DNA of 64,000 bases from an uncultured Phycisphaerales bacterium (lineage in GTDB: Bacteria > Planctomycetota > Phycisphaerae > WQYP01): positions 69,207-133,206 of the forward strand of contig CAIMWO010000031.1 in assembly GCA_903845195.1 (NCBI GenBank), read 5' to 3'. The notes beneath the pieces are model-generated. The model was not told the DNA's origin, did not search any database, and worked only from the letters and a program-made list of their open reading frames with translations. Made by a program: the position numbers and the translations under genes. Positions within the stretch are counted from its first letter, which is position 1. The number at the start of each line of letters is the position of its first letter. Below are positions 57,120-64,000 of this stretch, in pieces.

Positions 57120-58751
57120 TTAATTCTTTTCGCCTTCAGTTGCGCCGCCGAGGGTGTCGTCGAAGTGGTGGACGGTCTTGAGGCGGACGTGGGCTTCGGA
57201 CGCAGCACCGCTCTTCGGGAAGAGGTGGTTGACCTTGCGAAGCAGTTTGATGGCGGTGTCGTTGTCGTTGAGTTTTTCGTATTCGAGAGCCATGCAGTAG
57301 ATGGCGTGAGGCGTATCGGTTTCGAAGGCGGCGCCGATTTCGGAATATTGGGCGATGGCTTCCTTGTATTTCTTCTGGGCCGAAAGGCATTCGGCGACGC
57401 GATAGAGATTGGCGGGTTCATTCTGGGCCTGGCGGAATTCCTTGATGGCTTCATCATTCTTGCCCGACCAGGCCAGCGCATTGCCGACCCACATGAAAAC
57501 ATTGGTAGATTCATGGGAATCGAGTTCGGAGATTTTGCGGCGGCGGGTGATGGCGTCGTTCAACTTGCCGGCCTGGCGTAACACTTCGGAAGTACGCTCG
57601 AGGCTGAACTTGCGGTTTTTCATCAGGTCCCAGGCGGCGACGGCCTGTTCGATGTCGCCTTTCTCACGGACGAGGGTGGCGTACATATCGATGGCCCAGT
57701 CGGCATCCTTGTGGAACTGGCGGGCCTCGGAGGCGACGCCGATGGCTTTGTCGATTTTGTTGGCGCGCTTGTAGAGCTCGACCATGAGGCCGTAAGTCCA
57801 AGGCGCGTTGCTATAGAGTTTGCGGGCTTCGAGGGCCTGCTTGACGGCTTCGTCGGTGTTCCCGATCGTCTGGAAGATGTTGACGACGCCGCGGGTCAGA
57901 TCTTCGTGGTAAGGGCGATCCTTATTTTCGTGAAGCCAGCCCATGACCGTGTTGGAAAGAAGCTCTGCGACTTTGTCACGGCGGGCGGCCAGTTCCTTGG
58001 TGTTGAGATCGTAGATGACCGATTCGCCGTTGCCTACGAACATGCGCTGCGCATCGGACTCCTGCCGGACGGATCGGTACAGGATATATGCGCCGGGAAC
58101 ATCACCGGCCAGAAGTTTCTCGCGAGCCAGCCCTTCGGCGGCCTCACGGTAACGATCGCCATCCAAACGGTTCTTGTTAAAGCGGTCGATGAATTCTTCC
58201 CAGACGGGGACGCGCTCGCGGAGTTTCTTCTGGCCTTCAAGAATGGCCACGTGCTCGAGCGCTGCGTGGAACGCGGTGGGGTGCGTGCCGTTATTCTTGA
58301 AGAGGTCCTTATAAATGACGATCGCTTTTTCGACATCACCCGACTGGCGATAGCACTGGCCGATGCGGAGGTAGGCCCACTTGGCGTCATCGGAATCGGG
58401 GGCGATATCCCGGACGAACTGAAAATCAGAAACGGCGAGATTGGGCTTGCCCTGAAGGCGGAGGCATTCGGCCATCATGAGCTGGCAGTAGGTGGCGACA
58501 TCGCTCTTGGAGTGGGCATTCATGAATTTTTCGTAGGAGTTGCGCGCCGCGGTGAAGGAGGCTTTCTTGCGGAAGACGTCCTCGGCGGCCTTGAGCTCGG
58601 CGAATTCTATTTCACTGAGATTTTTCCAACGCGCAGCGCTGAGGGCGCCGGGTTCGTCGGCGCTCGCGGTACGTGGCAAGGGAATGAGCATCGACGCTCC
58701 AAGGAGCGTCAGCAAAACAGCAATAGTAGGGGGGCGTTGGAAGGATTTCAT
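57120..58751 (-). CDS. Secreted TPR-repeat protein.
   Basis: 543 aa. Signal peptide. Multiple 34-aa TPR-like units (A..YL..AECL...G). Confidence 0.6.
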   Translation of the reverse strand: MKSFQRPPTIAVLLTLLGASMLIPLPRTASADEPGALSAARWKNLSEIEFAELKAAEDVFRKKASFTAARNSYEKFMNAHSKSDVATYCQLMMAECLRLQGKPNLAVSDFQFVRDIAPDSDDAKWAYLRIGQCYRQSGDVEKAIVIYKDLFKNNGTHPTAFHAALEHVAILEGQKKLRERVPVWEEFIDRFNKNRLDGDRYREAAEGLAREKLLAGDVPGAYILYRSVRQESDAQRMFVGNGESVIYDLNTKELAARRDKVAELLSNTVMGWLHENKDRPYHEDLTRGVVNIFQTIGNTDEAVKQALEARKLYSNAPWTYGLMVELYKRANKIDKAIGVASEARQFHKDADWAIDMYATLVREKGDIEQAVAAWDLMKNRKFSLERTSEVLRQAGKLNDAITRRRKISELDSHESTNVFMWVGNALAWSGKNDEAIKEFRQAQNEPANLYRVAECLSAQKKYKEAIAQYSEIGAAFETDTPHAIYCMALEYEKLNDNDTAIKLLRKVNHLFPKSGAASEAHVRLKTVHHFDDTLGGATEGEKN

Positions 58752-60022
58752 TGGTGAACCTTGTTCTCCTCAAGCCACGCGGCGTACTTGTTCATGGAAT
58801 AATAGAGCACATTAAGTCCCAGGCGATAAGATCCTTCGACTACGGAGGGTTCGATGCCGCTGTGGCCGTCTTTCCATGCGTCGCCGATGTCTCCGGGGTG
58901 CAGGAATGCTACCCAACGTCCCTGAACTTTCCAGCCCCAGGGGACGGTAGGCCGTTCGTGCGGTGAGGTAAAGGGGAAGCTCCTGAGGTGATAGGGGGCC
59001 TGGAAGATTTCGTCATCGAGCGGGATTTCGACCGGTTTGACGTCGGGCAGAACGCGGGACATGAGGCGGCGGAAATGTTGTGCCCAGCCGGGCGAGGAGG
59101 CGTCGGCGAAGATCATGCCGTGGCGGTCGACGAGGTAACGCCGGAGGGTGGCATCCTCCCGCGAGGAGGTATTGAGGTCTTTGGCCCCGGTGATGTAGAC
59201 GATGGGTGGGGAGGCGTATTTGGGGAAGGAGTTGAGGCCGTCGATCTCCTTGTATTCGGATTTGTCGGCGACTTTCCAGCCTCTGGAACTGCCTGCGGCG
59301 GTGCGGACGTGAACTTCGAGCAGGAGGTTGTAGTCGGCGCCTTTGCCCATGTTGGAGTCCCAGTTTCCACCATCATATTTGAGGCGGATCCAGCGGACGA
59401 CGCCATTGCCGCGGCCGACGCCAAAGCCCGCGCCATCGCCGGAACCGCGGCCGAGCATGCCGCTGCCGGGCCCGTCGCCGTTTTCGGTGCCTTCGCCGTG
59501 GCCTTCTGCGCCGGCCTTGTACTGCAGGTTGGAGAATTCCTCGAGTTTTTCGTCGACTTTTTCGCGGGCGGCGTCATCGATCTTGGGCACGGTGAACTTG
59601 ATGGGGCTGAACTTGTTGGTGACGAACTTCACTTGCTTCTGTTTCTTTTTCTTGATGATGCGGATGATTTCCTGCTGCCGGGAGCCGCCGGCCATGGAGC
59701 CGCCGCCGCCGCCGGCCGGCAGGTAATAGTAATCACAGCCGCGGAGCATCATGGGGAGGTAAAAGGCCAGTGCAAAGAGGATGTGCGCCAGCAGGCTGAT
59801 CGTGAAGCCGTGCCAGAATTTGGAATTTTTCTGGCCATAGAGCGTGGCGTCGGGGCGAAGGATGTTCCACTCAATGCCGCGGACGAAGACGGAATGCAGG
59901 ATGAATCTGCCGACGGCTCCGAGCATGCGCATGACGAAGGTGGCGGTGAGGTCGATGTAATCGACGAAAGCGTTGATGGCGCGGTCGCGGAGCGAAGAAG
60001 TTGTATCGTTTTCAAACTGCAA
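58748..60022 (-). CDS. Membrane protein with a C-terminal DUF4159-like domain.
   Basis: 424 aa. N-terminal TMs. Gly-rich linker. C-terminal RWIRLKYDGGNWD...pattern reminiscent of DUF4159. 4-nt overlap with the downstream TPR gene. Confidence 0.4.
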   Translation of the reverse strand: MQFENDTTSSLRDRAINAFVDYIDLTATFVMRMLGAVGRFILHSVFVRGIEWNILRPDATLYGQKNSKFWHGFTISLLAHILFALAFYLPMMLRGCDYYYLPAGGGGGSMAGGSRQQEIIRIIKKKKQKQVKFVTNKFSPIKFTVPKIDDAAREKVDEKLEEFSNLQYKAGAEGHGEGTENGDGPGSGMLGRGSGDGAGFGVGRGNGVVRWIRLKYDGGNWDSNMGKGADYNLLLEVHVRTAAGSSRGWKVADKSEYKEIDGLNSFPKYASPPIVYITGAKDLNTSSREDATLRRYLVDRHGMIFADASSPGWAQHFRRLMSRVLPDVKPVEIPLDDEIFQAPYHLRSFPFTSPHERPTVPWGWKVQGRWVAFLHPGDIGDAWKDGHSGIEPSVVEGSYRLGLNVLYYSMNKYAAWLEENKVHQ

Positions 60023-60060
60023 AAAACTCTCTTTTGCGGGTGAGGGACGCGGATTGGCGA

Positions 60061-60480
60061 TCAGCGCAGGTTATTCATCATGTCGTCGACCTTGTTGGGC
60101 GTCTTCTTGTTAATTTCGTCCGGTGTGGCGGAATCATTCTTCATGACCTTTTCAATAACTTCCTTGGGGGGGTCTTTCGCTTCCACAGGGGTGGGGGCCG
60201 GCGCCTTGGGGGCCGCAGTTACGGATTTGGTGGTATCGGCGGCGCGGGTGGCGGGAGCGGTGGCGGCGTCCGCCTGGGCCTTTTCCGCGGCGGCCAGACG
60301 TTCGGCGGCGCCTTTGGGATCAATCCACGTGTCATGGATGTACGTTGTGGAGGTGCCCAGCAGCAGGACGACGTGAATCGCCAGCGCCACGCTGAGCCAG
60401 ATGAGGCTGTCGCGTGAGGAGAGCTGCTGAATCATGCGCGCGGCGTTTTGCTTGCGAGCGGTGGACATTGTGCTGTTCAT
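60061..60480 (-). CDS. Small membrane-anchored protein with an Ala/Pro/Thr-rich periplasmic region.
   Basis: 139 aa. Single TM LIWLSVALAIHVVLLLG. Upstream of the ExbD pair. Confidence 0.4.
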   Translation of the reverse strand: MNSTMSTARKQNAARMIQQLSSRDSLIWLSVALAIHVVLLLGTSTTYIHDTWIDPKGAAERLAAAEKAQADAATAPATRAADTTKSVTAAPKAPAPTPVEAKDPPKEVIEKVMKNDSATPDEINKKTPNKVDDMMNNLR

Positions 60481-60509
60481 ATAACGGGCCTCGAAAGGAA
60501 GTTCCGGAG

Positions 60510-60920
60510 TCAGGGGGTACGTGTTTCGTGAACGATGGCGATGATGCCGCCGGCGTCGCCGATGGCTTGGTAGACTTTCTGGTAATCCTTGTATTTGAGA
60601 TCTTTATCGCAGCGGAAGCGGACTTCGCAATCCTTGGGCGTCTTCTTGTCGACGAGGAGGGCCTTGAGTTCCATGCCGAGTGATTCGGCGGAGGGCATCT
60701 CCTGGCCGTTGAGGAACAGCTTGGCGCCCTTGTCCATGGCGACGCTGATGGGGGTTTCAGTTTGCTTGGTTCGCGGCAGCTTGGGCAACGCCACCACGAG
60801 CCGATCGCGCATGAACGTCGACGTGAGCAGGAAGAAGAAGATGATGAGAAAAGCGATGTCGGCCAGGGAAACCATCTGGGTTTCCTTGACCGGTTCAGTT
60901 CGCTTCTTTTGGATTCTCAC
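60510..60920 (-). CDS. exbD: ExbD/TolR-family biopolymer transport protein.
   Basis: ORF track 60510..61004. A GTG start ~60920 preceded by AGGAGG gives a basic N-terminus plus TM (RIQKKRTEPVKETQMVSLADIAFLIIFFFLL) typical of ExbD. Confidence 0.55.
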   Translation of the reverse strand: MRIQKKRTEPVKETQMVSLADIAFLIIFFFLLTSTFMRDRLVVALPKLPRTKQTETPISVAMDKGAKLFLNGQEMPSAESLGMELKALLVDKKTPKDCEVRFRCDKDLKYKDYQKVYQAIGDAGGIIAIVHETRTP

Positions 60921-61323
60921 CGGAACCCTCCTCTGACATGACAATGATTCCACCGGCCTTCTGGATGGCATACAGGATGTCGGCATCGCGCTGGAAGGGA
61001 ACATCGTCGGCGGCAGTCAATACCACCAGCCGTTCGGAATCTTTCTTGGTGGTGCTGAGCAGGGCCTTGATGCGGTCCTGCAAAGCGTTGAAATCGACAA
61101 TTTCACCGTTGACGGTGACGACCTGTGCGCTGGCCTGCACGGTGATGGTCTTGGATTGCGAGGGTGACGGATCATTGGTGCTGCTGGGGCTGTCGAGATT
61201 GAGCGAATCATTTTGCGCAAAGGTGGCCGCCACCAGGAAGAAAATAATGATCTGCCAGGCGATGTCCGCCAGGGAGATGAAGGGAATATGGGGTGCCGGA
61301 GGTGGGCGGCGTTTGACTTTCAT
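60895..61323 (-). CDS. exbD: ExbD/TolR-family protein (second copy).
   Basis: MKVKRRPPPAPHIPFISLADIAWQIIIFFLVAATF N-terminus. 142 aa. Confidence 0.6.
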   Translation of the reverse strand: MKVKRRPPPAPHIPFISLADIAWQIIIFFLVAATFAQNDSLNLDSPSSTNDPSPSQSKTITVQASAQVVTVNGEIVDFNALQDRIKALLSTTKKDSERLVVLTAADDVPFQRDADILYAIQKAGGIIVMSEEGSGENPKEAN

Positions 61324-62066
61324 ACAGCAGTGGTCTCATTTGAGGGCCGCACGTGGGAATTCGCAGGATGCCCGGAGGAATCCTCAGTTTCCTTGGCCTG
61401 GGCATCCAGAACGCGTTCGACCAGTTTGGTGGCCGCCGACTGGACCTGCAAAACGTAACGATTCACGCGCGTGGTGAAGTAGTTGAATTCGACGGTAGCC
61501 ATGGCGGCGACGATCAGCCCGCCGGCGGTGCAGTGGAGGGCTTCGGCGATACCGCCGGAGACCGCAGCGGGGGTCAGGTTGCCGGTGCGGGCGACCGAGC
61601 CGAAGGCGTTGATCATGCCGATGACGGTGCCCATCATGCCCAGGATCGGCGCGAGGGAGGCGACCGTGGCCAGCGCGGTGAGATTTCGTTCGAGGAAGTC
61701 GACGACGTGGCCGCCGTGGTCTTCCATGGCTTGGACGATGCCTTCTTCAATTTCCTCGGGGCGCTTCCCGATTTTTTCGAGGAACTTAAGTTTGCGCAGG
61801 CCGATGGCCAGCGTTTCGGCTGTGGGTCCGGGCGTGGCCTGGCAGATGTCGATGGCGGCGGGGAGGTTCTTCTCGTCGAGTTTTTTCGATACGCGATCGA
61901 GGAGATCTTCGGCGTCGATATCGGCTTTGCGAAGGGTGCGCCAGCGTTCCAGGGTGATGCCCAGACTGATCACGGAACAGACCGTGATCACCCACATGGC
62001 CCATCCCCCTTCCATAATAAACTGCAGCATACGAACATCCTTACTTAGAGGCGGTTGGGGCAGCAA
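61320..62066 (-). CDS. exbB: MotA/TolQ/ExbB proton-channel protein.
   Basis: ILGMMGTVIGMINAF...AAVSGGIAEALHCTAGGLIVAAMA signature. Three TMs. True start may be the internal Met ~62030. Confidence 0.65.
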   Translation of the reverse strand: MLPQPPLSKDVRMLQFIMEGGWAMWVITVCSVISLGITLERWRTLRKADIDAEDLLDRVSKKLDEKNLPAAIDICQATPGPTAETLAIGLRKLKFLEKIGKRPEEIEEGIVQAMEDHGGHVVDFLERNLTALATVASLAPILGMMGTVIGMINAFGSVARTGNLTPAAVSGGIAEALHCTAGGLIVAAMATVEFNYFTTRVNRYVLQVQSAATKLVERVLDAQAKETEDSSGHPANSHVRPSNETTAV

Positions 62067-62117
62067 GAATCAAGGAGCAACGATCAAGAAGAGAACGCCA
62101 TTTTACAATATCGGCGG

Positions 62118-63905
62118 TTACTTTTCGTCGCCGCTGTCGGTCTTCGCGGCGGTGAGCATTTCCGGCAGCGTCAACTGACCACGGGCATACCGTGCGGCAT
62201 CGGAATCCGGGAAATCCCAGGTGCAGCGGCGGTAGCGGCGGTAGGCCAACTGAGCGTCGCCGGCCTTGTGGTAGCTCTGGCCGGCCCAGAACATCGCGTC
62301 GGAGCGAAGGTCAGAGTCGGTGTAGCGTTCGACGAGATTATCAAAGGCCTTGGCGGCGAGGAGGTAATTCTTTTTCACATCGGAGGCCGAAGCGCCGGGC
62401 TCCTTGGTGGGCGTTTCGGCGGCTTTGAAGTAGCACTGTCCCTGACGAAAGGCGAGTTTGGGCGCCCATTCGTGATCGGGATACTGCTGAAGGAACTGCG
62501 AACAGATGTTGGCCGCGACCAGGAGCTTGCTGGATTTATAGAAGTAGTCGCTGAGGCGGACCATGCACTTGGCGATGAGCGGGTTATCCGGATAGGTGTA
62601 CGCCAGGCGGACATACTCTTCGCAGGCACGATCCATATCGCCTTTGTCTTCGAAGCATTGGGAGAGCTTGTACTGGGCGTCGGGGGCAAAGGCGTTGTTG
62701 GAGTAAGCGCGGATGACGGTCTGGTAGCACTCGATCGCTTTGTCGAATTCTTTGAGTTCCTGATGGAAGCCGCCGAGCAGGTAGAGCACGCGGGCTTCAT
62801 AGTTGGAGCCGCGGTAGTTTTCGCGGACGCTGGCCAGGATGCCGCGGCCGGCTTCGAGAGCCTCCTTGGCTTCGGCGACATCCTTGAGCTGGTTGTGGCT
62901 CTTGAAGAGTTCGAAATAGCACTCGGCGAGTTTGAACTGCGTTTCGACGGCGAGTTCCTGATCGCTGAACCGTTTGGAGAATGCCGTGACGTTCGCATCG
63001 GCGCCCGGGGCGACATGCACGGTGAAGGTGCGATCGATGGCCGTCAACGAACGGGTGTTGAATTCATCGACGTACGTCAGCGTGAATGTATCGCCGAAAC
63101 GTGCCTCGAGGGCTTGAGTGTTCGGATCGGGTTTGTCGGACTGGATGGTCGGGAGCTCGGCGGTGAAGACGCCGGAATGGCCGAGCGTTTCCCTGAGCTT
63201 GAGGTCGATCTTCTTACCGGAAGTGCTGGTGAGTTTCACGGTGATTTCGTCCTCATCAGGAGTGAGGTCCCGGTCGGCATCTTCGACGCGGAGGAAGAGT
63301 TTCTCGCCCAGGTGGATAGTAGAGATTTCCTCGCGGCCGTCGCGGCTGAGGTTGGCCAGCGTAGCATCCGTGACCATGCGGGCCTCGGCGGTGCGCGTGA
63401 TGTCGTCGCCGGCGGGGGAGCGCTTATCCACGTAGGTTGCGGTGATGGTGTCGTTGCCGCTGATGGCCAGAACGGGAACGCGAACGGCGCCGTCATCGCC
63501 GGTGAGATCCTGGGCATAGCGCCATGCGCCCAGGAGGTTGCGGGCGCTTTCGACAGGGACGTTCACGGTGGACTTTCCGTTTTCGTCGGGTTTGCCGAGG
63601 ACGAGGAGGGCCTGGCCGACGAAGCGGCCGGATTCGAGCGGCGTGCCGAGTTGCCGTCCGCCGGGCTGGGCGCCGTTGCTGAGCTCGAGCGGGATCGAAA
63701 GTTTGGCGCCGGCGGAGGTGGTGACCTTAACGACAACGGCCGAGTGGGCGTCCTTGGCGGCGTCAGGATCAATGACTTCGATGGTCAACGGTGCGCCCAG
63801 CACCACACGAGAAGGCTTGCCGGGCTCCGGTGCGAGGAAGATCTGGCGCACCTCGGGCTGAGCGCCAGGGGTGCCAGCGGTCGCGGGGTTCGTACGCACT
63901 TCCAC
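62118..63905 (-). CDS. TPR-repeat protein (tol-pal/ExbBD-associated YbgF-like C-terminal region with a large N-terminal beta-rich domain).
   Basis: 595 aa. C-terminal half has consecutive TPR units (AKLAFRQGQCYFKAAE..., AMFWAGQSYHKAGD...). Confidence 0.55.
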   Translation of the reverse strand: MEVRTNPATAGTPGAQPEVRQIFLAPEPGKPSRVVLGAPLTIEVIDPDAAKDAHSAVVVKVTTSAGAKLSIPLELSNGAQPGGRQLGTPLESGRFVGQALLVLGKPDENGKSTVNVPVESARNLLGAWRYAQDLTGDDGAVRVPVLAISGNDTITATYVDKRSPAGDDITRTAEARMVTDATLANLSRDGREEISTIHLGEKLFLRVEDADRDLTPDEDEITVKLTSTSGKKIDLKLRETLGHSGVFTAELPTIQSDKPDPNTQALEARFGDTFTLTYVDEFNTRSLTAIDRTFTVHVAPGADANVTAFSKRFSDQELAVETQFKLAECYFELFKSHNQLKDVAEAKEALEAGRGILASVRENYRGSNYEARVLYLLGGFHQELKEFDKAIECYQTVIRAYSNNAFAPDAQYKLSQCFEDKGDMDRACEEYVRLAYTYPDNPLIAKCMVRLSDYFYKSSKLLVAANICSQFLQQYPDHEWAPKLAFRQGQCYFKAAETPTKEPGASASDVKKNYLLAAKAFDNLVERYTDSDLRSDAMFWAGQSYHKAGDAQLAYRRYRRCTWDFPDSDAARYARGQLTLPEMLTAAKTDSGDEK

Positions 63906-64000
63906 GCGGGTGGGAAGGATGCTGACGATGCCTTCAGTCGGCTTGGCGACGGTGAACTCCGCGACGCGATCGGTGCGCGAACCGGGGTTAGTGTTCTGGC

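Noticed and set aside
57711-62178. Plus-strand ORFs 57711..58757, 58988..60043, 61353..62048 and 61483..62178
   Set aside because: All are antisense or alternative-frame to clearly recognisable TPR, DUF4159-like and ExbB genes. Ala/Gly/Val/Asp-rich mirror ORFs.

Overview
GC-rich (~58-60%) bacterial chromosomal window, gene-dense and accessory-like. The large secreted TPR/Sel1-rich proteins and abundant hypothetical proteins resemble Planctomycetota/Verrucomicrobiota-type genomes. This taxonomic guess is inference only. No rRNA, tRNA or CRISPR array was recognised. In-line position counting disagreed with the ORF track in a few places, so internal start sites were placed by codon arithmetic from the ORF-track ends and may be off by a few nt.

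Main blocks:
(1) 1-4100: three paralogous membrane proteins with an N-terminal CxxC...CxxC zinc ribbon.
(2) ~6300-17750: mobile-element-like block on the minus strand. It holds an AEP/Prim-Pol replication protein, an 821-aa FtsK/HerA/TraG-like P-loop ATPase and about eight hypotheticals. No integrase was found.
(3) 18200-21100: PqiA-like membrane protein and a secreted protein at a duplication/deletion junction.
(4) 21409-33544: an 11-gene co-directional operon with stop/start overlaps. It runs an uncharacterised-type ABC importer (SBP/permease/ATPase), an SDR, a SAM-methyltransferase, four large hypotheticals, a DUF3800-like protein and a receiver-domain protein with a novel C-terminal domain. 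A convergent paralogue of the last gene lies just beyond. This is a candidate novel multi-gene system.
(5) 35500-38200: second partial copy of the duplicated secreted-protein locus, carrying ~58-bp tandem repeats.
(6) 38400-40800: three small paralogous proteins with an RNA-polymerase-alpha-CTD-like HhH motif plus a ClpP-fold protein lacking the catalytic His.
(7) 41070-48970: type VII-secretion-like locus on the minus strand. It encodes a 1141-aa triple FtsK/SpoIIIE ATPase with an N-terminal TM, two WXG100-like proteins, an LXG-like helical toxin with a C-terminal HExxH metallopeptidase motif, an adjacent immunity-like gene and a Sel1-repeat membrane protein. This is the strongest candidate for an undescribed system in this lineage.
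(8) 50175-51338: single-ORF DDE (rve) IS element next to a truncated DUF2461 gene.
(9) 51761-56932: 1723-aa secreted protein.
(10) 57120-63905: TPR / DUF4159-like / ExbB-ExbD-ExbD / TPR cluster.
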